A program made the position numbers and the translations under genes. DNA of 64,000 nt, from assembly GCF_000181795.1 (NCBI RefSeq), contig NW_003526943.1, forward strand, positions 1-64,000. Direction: 5' to 3'. Origin of the DNA: Trichinella spiralis. Taxonomy: Eukaryota. Below are positions 1-10,854 of the stretch, piece after piece; position 1 is the first letter of the stretch, and each line of letters opens with the position of its first letter. Under the pieces are notes generated by a model that saw only the letters and a program-made list of their open reading frames with translations, made no database searches and had not been told where the DNA came from.

Positions 1-815
1 AAGTTTGCAGTAGGCATGTCACAAGACACAAGGGACGGGACTAAACTTGGGCAAGTAAAGCTTAGTAAGGTCCCAAATGTGCCCTGTTGCATGTTTCAGG
101 GCATCTCTTTCTGTCCCTCTTTATACAGTTGGCCATGCATTTGTCATGGCAGTGCTTGATGATCCAAAAGAAAATCCGACGGGTCCATTTTTCGACTTTT
201 GTGTTCGATGCGGTATAGAGCAGCAAGCAGGTTGTTCAGGTCTATGCCACCCATATTCATGTTGTAATTTTTTAAAATATTTGGGATTTCAACGTTTAAT
301 TATTGACAGGTGCATGGGGCAGCAACTACCAAACTACAGCAACTACTAGAAGTGAAGTGAGGACGCGATCTTAGTATTAAATATCAGCGATGGTGCAAAA
401 CTTTTAGAAATGTTATTGATTGCATCTGACAATAATTCATTAGACATCCTAAATGATTTTTCTCAGAAAATTAATACGGGATTGGGCAAGCGATTCTGAG
501 TACGTTGAGGGTAGTAAACAGGATGCGCAGTTTCCGTTAAAGCTCAGTGTATCAAAATTGATACAGTTATACTAAGGAACTCTACTCAGCACCCCAAAAA
601 GAGGCTGCAGTTAATTTTAACATCATCTTCACATCAGCATCTACTAGTAAAAAAATTATTATCCTTAAATTCTGCTCAATTCTCAATTTATGCATCAAAA
701 TGCAAATTCATGTTTTTTCGTTTTACCTACCTGTACATTAGAGCACATTATAAGAAATCTATTATGTTGAGAAAAAAAATAGCAATAAAATATTGTTAAG
801 ACAAATGTCAAGAAC
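1..815 (-). mobile_element. piggyBac-like transposase remnant; near-identical copy of 59648-60449
   Basis: Direct sequence match to 59648-60449, with about 13 extra bases, mostly homopolymer expansions in the first ~250 nt. The minus strand carries the YNMNMGGIDL transposase motif. The copy ends at an N gap. Confidence 0.85.
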
Positions 816-825
816 NNNNNNNNNN
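816..825. other. assembly gap (10 N)
   Basis: Run of N in the sequence. Confidence 1.
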
Positions 826-2657
826 GATAAGTATAAGTATATGTTGTATTGATGTAAATGGAAGTAATTGTAAAGGTTAGCATGAAACAAACAACTGATA
901 ATGGTTACAATCAGTCAGTAGCAAGGTAGGCTGAGATTAGGTGAGAAAATAATTCATTATGCAACAAGTCTGGATGCCATGCAAAGTGGCTTGGCGTTGA
1001 CCGTCACAATAAAATGCATGTAGCCAATTCTGTCGGCAGCCTGTGATTACAGAAACAATTAATTACATAACAAGATGGCGGCGTAGATCAGCTGATTCTG
1101 TATTGTCTAGAAATTTATTTTTGCGTGAAGGTGCTAGAATACAGAAAAGAAGAAGCGTCCAAGCGAATTCGAATAATTCGTCACAACTGACCATTTTCAA
1201 AAGACAAAAGTTGACCCTGCGTTCGATTACATAGTAAAGCAGTTATCCAAGCTTTCCCATTGCTATTGGCTATTGTCTTATTCTGTCTGATAGTTATGTG
1301 CCAATTTTTGTAGACAGTATGCCGCAGACGGAATTTGCATTATCCAATTTCTTTTTTACCAATCATTTTCTCATGTAATTTTCATTTTTCCAATCTTTTA
1401 AACGATAACGATAATTTCCATAAATAGACAACTAGTCCTTTTTTAAATTTAAATCCATCATCCATCCAGTTGATGACGTTGTTGTGATTAAATAGCATAT
1501 AAATATATACTTTAATATTAAGATGAAGTTTTTAAAATTACATTTTAAAGCAAAAAAAATGAGCAGGTTGTTGTTTATTTTTACATTTTATTCATAATTC
1601 TTGTAATGATTACAATTTCATATGTCATTAATAAGAATAAAAAACAACATACTACAATCACTTTTCTGATAGCTGACCGACCTCATACATCAAAATTATG
1701 CCAACGTCCTAATTATAAAGCTGATAATTATAGTAAATCAAATAAGGACATGTTGATTATTGGCAACAAAATAAATCAACAAACATATTTAAAAATAAAC
1801 AAATTTTTTAAAATTCAAAAAAAAAACTTTTTTTTCAACTTTTTATTATTTTTTCTAAGAAATTTATAATATTGTATGAAATAATTTTATTTATTTAATT
1901 CGATTGTCATTATTTTAAATTTCGTATTGCGGTTTAAATTTCATTTTTCAGCTGTCACCAAAGTAAAACTGACTTTTCACGAAAATTTTCCAACTTTGTT
2001 AGTTAAACTACTTATTATTGTCATTTTGATGTTAAACTTGTCATTAATGATGTGCATGCATTAATCTTCTTGAAGCTTTGATGGAAATTGATGAACACAT
2101 TATTAACAAACTGAAATTAATTTAATTTAAATAAAACTGGAATATTAACAAATGTAAATTTTATCAAGGTTGTAATGTAAATAAATAAACAAATGTATTT
2201 TCATTGATATAAATGGTTTCAATTTTTATGAAATTGAAAAAAATGTTATTTTGTTTCATTACACTCTTGGTAATTTTTATTTAACAAAAATGGTTAATAT
2301 TTTTTAAGCAGAAAAATCCTAAGAACTTTTTCCTAAAATTCCATAAGGAAGTAATGCTTCTGTAAAAGCATAAGTATCATATAATTTATTAAACATATAT
2401 GTGCATTAAATGATATTTTGGTTTTATACTTGCAATGTATTGAATATTGCTAAGAATTATATCTTCCAATGTCGATGATTAAAGTTCACTGATAAATCCT
2501 GAAAAAAACTAAATAAATTAAAAATGATTTCTTATGATAAGGGGTAATGATAGAGATTGATACAGTTGAGCAGTTATTTATATTACATTTACAGAAAAAA
2601 CGGTAAAGTTTATTAACACATTAAAAAATGCATAATTTGAAATGAATATTGTTCTAG

Positions 2658-5167
2658 CAACTGAATCTCTGAAGTTCAATGAAATTGATGATGACATGGT
2701 GTACTTCCAAATTTCACAAGAAACTCAGAGTAATTTCATCGAAAGTGCTCAGCTGCATTTCTATGTACGCTCTGATCAAATCAGCAGTGATACTAACCCA
2801 GCAAAAATTATAATATACCAATACAACGACGCCAGTGGTGATGTAATATATTCAAAAAACAAACCGTTTATAGCAATAAAAACAAAACAATGATGCATGA
2901 TACTGTTTTTAGAAAAGATTGATTAAAATTAAGGAATTCAAACGGCATGGACGTTTCAAAGGCCACTGGGATAAAATTGACATAACATCTAGCGTTCGAC
3001 TGTGGTTTTCAAAGCCAGAACGAAATTATGGTTTGCTAATACAAACTGTGAACAATAACATCAGTTTGACTTTTCCACCACCAGTAAAAATCACAGATGC
3101 TGATAAATACGTAAGTCGAATTTTAAAAGCAACCAGTAATTGAATAATTTCTATTTAAATAAATTGCCTTTTTGCATAAATTTACCGTAAAAACGGAAAT
3201 AATATTCTTATAGTAATTTCTTTATAAGTACAATATTACATCTACTCCATGAATATACGTACTTGATTTGATATAAAAATGTTAAACTTTACAATAAAAA
3301 ATAGTGAATTTTTTATAACGACTGCGACAAGTTGACGAATAATTTTATCACCTTATTAACTTTATATTGTTTTTAGAACGAAAAGGTAATACGCAAATAA
3401 GGTATAGCATATCAGAAACAGTTTTAATATTTATGATATTAGATGAAAAAATTATGAATAAATAAATAAAAATATACATATGTGTGCAGAAGAACGTTTA
3501 GAATTTACAGTAAATTTAGCAAATAGTAACCAATAGCAAAACATTTTATAAAAAAAGTAAATATATTGCTCACATATATAAAATTAGAAGCAGAAATTAT
3601 TTTTACAATGAAGTTTTACAATGCATTAATAAATCAGCTTTGATCTTGCTTAAATTGGAATTGTTACGATTTGGTAATTTTCAATGTAGTTTCATATGTG
3701 AAAGCAGGAATGAATACGTTGGATTTATTAATTATATTATATTATATTATATTACATTTCATTCTTATATTTCATTTAAATGAAAAGGGAGTGATTAAAT
3801 TTGGAGTAAAGTTAAAGCTTTAAGAAATAGTCTTTTTTGTAAATCAGCATTGTAAAATTTCAATTACTACTATTTTTAGTTGACCATAGTACCCAAGGCT
3901 TCCACATGAGAGAAAGGAGCAAAAATTTTTTCAACTGGATTCCAAATTGTTAATTTTTTCAAATGGACTTTATTATTTTTTAATAATAACATTAAATAAT
4001 TAAACCGTTTTAATATTGTATATCATTAAAAGAAAAAAAATTGAACCTCTAAGTTTCAACAATTCAGCAATGTTATATAGCGCTTGCATCATTTCCAAAT
4101 GAAAGCTACAAATATACTGCAACATGTAACAAACTAAATACAGTTTAGTATATTGCATTTTTATTAAATATTTATTATTTTCATTAAAATAAAGTTTGAA
4201 TTTTGTGTTTCAGAGCTTGGTTGAACTTGCTTTTTATAGCATGGCTTTGCTTGTTTGTTTGTATTTGATTAATTTTCAGTAATTTTCCGTTTAGAATTGA
4301 TAATTAATTAACAGTTTCAAAGTAGATTCAATATTTGGTCAATTTAATTTATAATCAGTTCAGATTGTACGATAAAATTTTTTCACTTAACTTGTCATTA
4401 TAAAGTACATATTGGTTTCAGTTTGCACAGGTGATAACTTTTGACGTACATGTCATGGATGATTGCTTCTTGATTTTAGAAAATATTTTATTGACAGTTA
4501 AAATCAGCTGTACAAAATGGCACGATGTAAGCATGAAATTCTTGTGAAACTGTACGTTTTTTATCTATATATGCAAATCACGATACTGTTCAAATATTTG
4601 CTTAATGATAATGCACCAATTGATGCCTGTCAGTAACTTTGCTATTCGTATGGTTAAGAAATTTCTTTTTCCAGTATGCACTTTCAGCAACCGTAATTGA
4701 CATGTATGCTGTGCATATAATATGCAAAACAGATTTATTTAAAACAATGAAAAATAATTAATATGAAATTGTTTTTTTAGACAACATATTTAAATGTAGC
4801 TGTACGCGATATGAAGGCACATCGTCGAAAGCGAGAAATACCAAGGATGAATTGCGGAGAGCGTGATAATGAAACACGCTGTTGCCGTTTTCCGTTGGTG
4901 ATTGATTTTGAAAGTTTTGGTTGGGATTGGGTAATTGCGCCCAAAAAGTATCTTGCATATTATTGTTCCGGAGAATGCCCATTTCGACATTTGCAACGTT
5001 ATTTGCATACTCATCTTGTACAACAGTCAAACCCGCGTGGCAACATCGGTCCTTGCTGTTATCCAACACAAATGGCACCAATTTTGATGGTCTATTTCAA
5101 TGAAAACAAGGAAGTGCTGGTATCCAAGATTCCTGGGATGGTCGTCTCGCGGTGCGGATGTGCCTGA
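2658..5167 (+). CDS. TGF-beta family ligand, myostatin/GDF11 (myoglianin)-like; 5'-incomplete. Exons 2658-2842, 2913-3110, 4781-5167
   Basis: Prodomain motifs (SAQLHFYVR; WDKIDITSSVRLWFSKPERNYGL), furin site RRKR, and a 9-Cys mature domain CCRFPLVIDFESFGWDWVIAPKKYLAYYCSGEC...HTHLVQQSNPRGNIGPCCYPT...KIPGMVVSRCGCA. The GT-AG junctions keep the frame. No signal-peptide exon was found. Confidence 0.93.
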
Positions 5168-6920
5168 ATTTTCCCCTATCCTCACTCACTTTCCAGCATC
5201 CTGCATGTCATAACGCATTGAAATTTTGTTCCAGAAAAAAAATACAAAAAAAAGTACATTAGATGGTGTTTTAAACTAACACTTAAGTGCTTAGTTTTTG
5301 TTTTTACGGCGATGAAGAAAAAAAATGCATACAATTTTTCTTTGAAAAATTCAGACACACTATAGTGCCTGTTTACAGCTAACGTTTGAAGAATCGCTGC
5401 CGTGAACGGGTGTCTGTTTTAATTTTAATTTTAATTTTAAAATACTGCTTATCCTGTATTTTAGGCAACGATTATTGTTAGCCGGCTATGACATCCTATA
5501 ATTTTGGGCATCTATTCCCAAAAGAAGGCTTGTTTTCAATTTTTTTTGTTGTTCTTCGTTTTTCTTTTCCTTAAGCTCTGCTCAAATTCCGCTCGCATTT
5601 TCCTTTTAGTAAAAATCACAAATGCTTTTTATTTTTACTTCTCATATGCAGCCTTTTATTAACTCTTATTATCCAATTGCTCTGTTTGCTCTTTTCCATT
5701 CGCTTCTTTTTCCCATTTAATAAACGCGTTCATGATCCAAATCGCGCAATAACAATTTATTTATTCCTTATTTTTTTAAATACAATTTCGATTATCAAAT
5801 TTCATTTTTATTTATACAAAAAAATGTTTAAGAAAAAAAATTTTCAGTTAAATTATTATAATAAATTTAAAATTAACTACATATATTATAATGCATTGAT
5901 AGTAGTAGTTTATCACCTAGCAAATGAATGCGAATATATATAATTCTTATTTTAATCATGAAACACACAATTCAATTTTATTAATAATATAAATTCTGAA
6001 AAATGTAATTCGATTTAAAAAATGTATTTTAGCAATATCATTTTTCTTTCTTTTTCTATACTGATTTTCATATTCTACAACAATAGTAATGAAATAAATA
6101 GAAAATTTAATTAAAAAATAATTTTCTCAGCGAACAAAAAAGATATAAATCTGGTACACTATAGAAATTGATATAACTTAATATGGGACACTCTGAGCAT
6201 GAAAAATTTAAAACCCAATAATTTGGGTAACTGTATTTTCTAATACATTTCTGACATTTCTTTTTCCATAAGTGATGCAAACCCAGCATAAATAGCTGTC
6301 ATTATTACGGTCCATTAAACATCACCTTCCGTGTCAGGTTGAAAAAACAATTTGACAACGCCTTTTTTTAATTTTTCAATTACAAACAAACCGGCTTATA
6401 ACTAGCTTATCATATGCATGCTATTCCAAGCAATCAAGAAAGGTTATAAAACAACAAAAATAAACGATTAGGTCATTTGAAATGTAAAATAAGGAAAAAT
6501 TCCACTAAAATTGTGATTCGTGCAAACACCCAATTAATTAATCATAATGGATCACCAACACATGCTAAATTGCTCGAGCAAAATATTCTTATTCAGCAAT
6601 AAATTCTGTTTTTTATATCTCAGTACAATTTTAAAAAACAATTTATAAATGCATTTCATATAATAATAATAACAATGACACCCATAATTCGTATAATACA
6701 ACTATTTTTAGTTAACATATTTCAACTTACTATCATATGACATATTCTTTGAGCATTAATTTGAAAGTAAAGTTTTCCTCATCTAAAAGTATTTCACATT
6801 ATGTTTCTTCCGTTTTTCTCACATTATTCTATTCACTTTCATGGGAATAGAACTTTATTATTTTAATATCTGTACTTTCTCAAATTTCAAACAAATTTTG
6901 TATTACGTTATACATATACA

Positions 6921-6940
6921 TACACACACACACACACACA
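6921..6940. repeat. (CA)n microsatellite
   Basis: tacacacacacacacacaca seen directly. Confidence 0.9.
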
Positions 6941-7238
6941 TATGTACGTATGACGAATATAAATTATTATAGCACATGTTGGCCACTTACTGCTCATGTA
7001 TTATTCCATCAGTCAATACATGTATTGACAATGAAGTACAACTTTCAGTGATATAATCCATTTAGCAGTTAAACATGAACTAACATGAAAATAAGAAAAG
7101 TCCAGCCAACTGCATTCGTATTTTACTGTAAAAAACAAAGCTGATAAATTTCCATGCGAATTTCAGTTTTCTTGACTTAATTTTACTTTAAACTAATATA
7201 AATAATACACAAATTTGTACAATATTTCGTCACTTGGT

Positions 7239-7819
7239 TCAACGAAAAGTTTTCCAATTTTTTTCCCATTCATCTTTTAAAATAATAAAAAATCTGTTTT
7301 TAATGCCACTCAGCGTAGATTTAGGATTTTCAATTTTCATCTTGATCGTATCAGCTTTTACTTGATGCTGCATAATTTCCCGAACTGAAATACAAAGAAT
7401 TTTTAAGTACGCAATAAATGAAATATACATCATCCAATATACGCTATCATATAATTAAAATTTATTTAACATTAAGTTTTTTCTTATTATATCAATGCAT
7501 AATTAGCGAACTGTTAGAAAATTTCTTTAAAATATCATAAAACAATGGAATGAAACGAATGCAATTCAAAATTACTTTGTCTTCGAAAGTTCAAGTAAGA
7601 ATATGCAGAAAGTTGAGCAATACGTCGAACTGGCCATGAATCTGAAATCTAAAACTTAAAACTTAAAAAACTTATAAAACCGCTCTTAATAAAAACATTA
7701 TATAAACAAAAAGATAATTAACATAACAAATTCAATGAAGTTAAGAAGTGATAAGAATTCTGTACCTTTCTTATGACATCTTCATTATTTAATAACTGAT
7801 AAACCAATCTTTTCAGCAT
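7239..7819 (-). CDS. NCBP2AS2-like small protein, 90 aa. Exons 7819-7766, 7648-7576, 7384-7239
   Basis: Spliced product MLKRLVYQLLNNEDVIRKISDSWPVRRIAQLSAYSYLNFRRQIREIMQHQ...RFFIILKDEWEKNWKTFR, with canonical GT-AG junctions in frame. The N-terminus matches the recalled family motif LxxLLxNxxLVxxLS(E/D)SxPIRRxAQL. Confidence 0.8.
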
Positions 7820-8759
7820 TTTCAAAATAGTGCGTTTGCAAGTTTCAGATCTAAAATACAATTCCAAACACGAAACATTTCACACACATATAATCAAAGA
7901 TGAAACATAACAGCAGAATCGTAAAAACATTAATAGTAATTACAAGCTTTACTCATGAAACAATATACATATTATCTTGCAAAAATAACCGGGAACTGAC
8001 AAAAAAAATAATGTTTAAAATTTAATTAAAGTAACATATTTACATACTCAAAACTTCAAGCATTTATTAGTAAAACATTCCTGAAATAAAAACAACGTAT
8101 TTTAATGAATTCCAACATGCAGCTACAGTAATTTAATTCTTCATCACGACGCACCTTATAGAATATACTAAACATTTTTTTGAAAAATTAAAATTCAATT
8201 TAAATCACTTTATACATTTTAATGGATTTTAAAAGCTTCAATTCAGTATCAATTATATCATTTAATATTTGTGAAATGCTACAGTAAGACAGTAAACTTG
8301 ATTATGATTTCTGTTTACCACCTAATCTTGATAATTTCGCTCCTACTGCTTTTTCAAAAAAATTTGCTGCATCTGCTTACATTAACTTAATTTTTTTCTT
8401 TCTTGCATCTCAAGTTTGTGATATCGAGTACTCATTTTTTTAAGTTAAAAGCTATAATTATGTTTATCAGAAAGTAATGGTAATACCTTCGAGAGTAAGA
8501 ATTGAAATTCAGTTTGAGAATAAACTGAGATTGTAGTTCTTTCTGTTTTTTATATAAATTTTTTATAAAGTTTTCAGTATTAGCAAAGTCATAATGTGAA
8601 TTGTGATAGTTGTATAATTGCTTTGCCTTAACATAGGAGAGAATATAACTACGTTAAAACTTTGAATAATTCGAATTTTATATATGAACAGTATTGTTGT
8701 GCTGTCTAATTCTTTTTGATAATATGCTATTTAACTAAAGATTTTCAATTTGTTATAGG

Positions 8760-9973
8760 ATGGATTCTAGAAATGCAGATAAACAGCAAGTGGTAAACAG
8801 TCATGATTTTAAAGAATGTTCTTTAGTGGAATTAACGCAAGCTCAACAACAGACAGATGCGGTGAGAATTTATTATCGCTTTCTTAATTTTAAAATTTCG
8901 AAAATTAACTTTCAGTATCAAGTTATTAGAATGCAGTATTTCCTATCTTATTTGATGAAATATATGTGGATGAGAAATTTTTTGTCAATGCTGATATTGA
9001 AATTTTAGAGTTTTAAGTGGACGTGATTAAAATTGTTAACTTGCTCTTTAATAGTAAATGTTAAACGAAAATTATAAAAATACTGATTTGTCTCATTTTA
9101 TTAGTTTTATATTTGAAATAAACATTTGTTTTACAATTTATGCTATTTATATAGTTTGTATTGTCATTTGTTGTTAGCAGAAACTCGACAGTTATTGATA
9201 CTTTAATATACATATTGCTTGATGGTATAGTTTGCATTTAAAACTAATTTTAATTATAATATATACTTTCTATTTTTTAAATAATATGATTGTATTGCAT
9301 TTCCTTTAACAGTTACTTGTTCGCTATTGCAAAATAATAAATTATAATAAAATAATATTTTCAAGTAAGTAGGTTGAGGAAACTTTTAAATAATTACTTG
9401 TTATGAATTTTTTTACGTAGGACTTGGCATTTTTTTTGGATTCAGAGCAAACTGTGAAAACAGCTCATAATGGTTTACAGGCCGCGTATGATGCGCTGAC
9501 TAGATCAAGTGCTCAAGAAAATAACAAAACTTCGCTGGTGCCGATGACATTATCAGTTAATTAATACAACTCTTTTATTTATAACGTTTATTTTTAGTTT
9601 TTCTTTTTTAGTTATATGTACCAGCAACTTTGACTGATACTAAGCACTATGTTATAGATATTGGTGCTGGGTTTTATGTGGAAATGGTATGTTTTAAATT
9701 TTGTCACATCTATATTACGTTAATAATTTATTTTGTACAGAACAAAGACAGAGCGATGGATTATTATAAACGAAAGCTGTTGCTTATTGAAAGACAGCAG
9801 TGTCAGCTACAGGAAATTGTTGAAGAAAAACGTAGATTAAAAGCAAGTAAGGCAATTGATTTAGCTTTTACTGGTGCAGTTTTTTCAGTTCGAATTCTTT
9901 AGTCATTGCAGATGCATTAAAACAACGTATAAGGGAAGCTGCATTGAAGCAAAGTTATAATGAAAAGAAATAG
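8760..9973 (+). CDS. PFDN5: prefoldin subunit 5 (alpha type). Exons 8760-8861, 9421-9555, 9612-9686, 9741-9846, 9903-9973
   Basis: Spliced protein contains SLVPMTLSLYVPATL...YVIDIGAGFYVEM...AMDYYKRK, the PFDN5 signature (LVPLTxSxYVPG...DIGTGYYVE...DFFKRK). Confidence 0.9.
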
Positions 9974-10854
9974 CTGTCGAAATTCTTTTATAGCATCATT
10001 CGTCTATCGATAAAATATACAAAAATTTAACTGTTTTTTTAGTAAAGGGTTTTTTGTGCTGTCAAAATGTCTTTTTAACATTACCTATTACCATCACATA
10101 ATTTTCATTTATTGCACAGTATTTCCTTATATGGTAAAATCGATACAATCTGATTATAATTTGATTATTTTTTGAATAGGAAAAAGTCAGTAGTAGCTGA
10201 GTAATGATAAATGGAAATATGCAGTCTTAAGATGCAAAAGTCATTTGAAATTTTTTATATTAAAGGTAATGTATTGCAGTAATGTACTGAGACTGATGAA
10301 ATACCAATAAATGATCATGGACAAAATTTTTTTATGGGTAAAGCTATTGATTACATTCTGTTGTACATCCATTTCCTAAACATTATATAAATATAAACAT
10401 TTAATAATATTTTAATTGATTAAATTTTTTATTTTATTTTTTATTACAAAATATTCTTCAAGTTGAGTTTTTGTTACCTTATTATCATTTTTGTCTGTTT
10501 ACTGTATGTTTTAACGTGATTATCTTTACAAAATTTCTAATTTTTCGGTGTTTTTGCTCAGTTTGCTCACAGACAGTTTTTTTTATCATTTTAATGTTAG
10601 TTGTATGAAATACGCATTTATTTATTTATTTAATTTAATGCTTTATCGTGGTTCAGAAATGTGTACGCGTAGATACCAGTGTTTTACGTTTGCATATTGA
10701 ACATGGTTACTTTATTTTAAGGTTTACAAGCTCTTGCACAATATAATGAAGTTCATTCACTGCCTTTGTACCTGCTGCTTATTTAAGTGTAACTGTTTTT
10801 AGGAAGGTTTTTTAATTTTAGCCTTTATGCTTATTATTCTGCATTCAGTTTTCT

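Noticed and set aside
1043..1234. Faint resemblance between this ORF region and the minus strand of ~63300-63600
   Set aside because: Only short scattered matches (e.g. TRWRRRS vs TRRWRRS). It cannot be separated from chance without an alignment.
4758..5103. Overlapping alternative-frame and antisense ORFs on the TGF-beta exon
   Set aside because: Shadow ORFs of a real coding exon with no recognisable motifs. The same applies to the shadow ORFs over ATE1, DNAJA3 and ZDHHC.
6107..6600. Minus-strand ORF 6107-6289 and nearby short frames
   Set aside because: No homology recognised and no exon chain could be built. More likely UTR or intergenic sequence.
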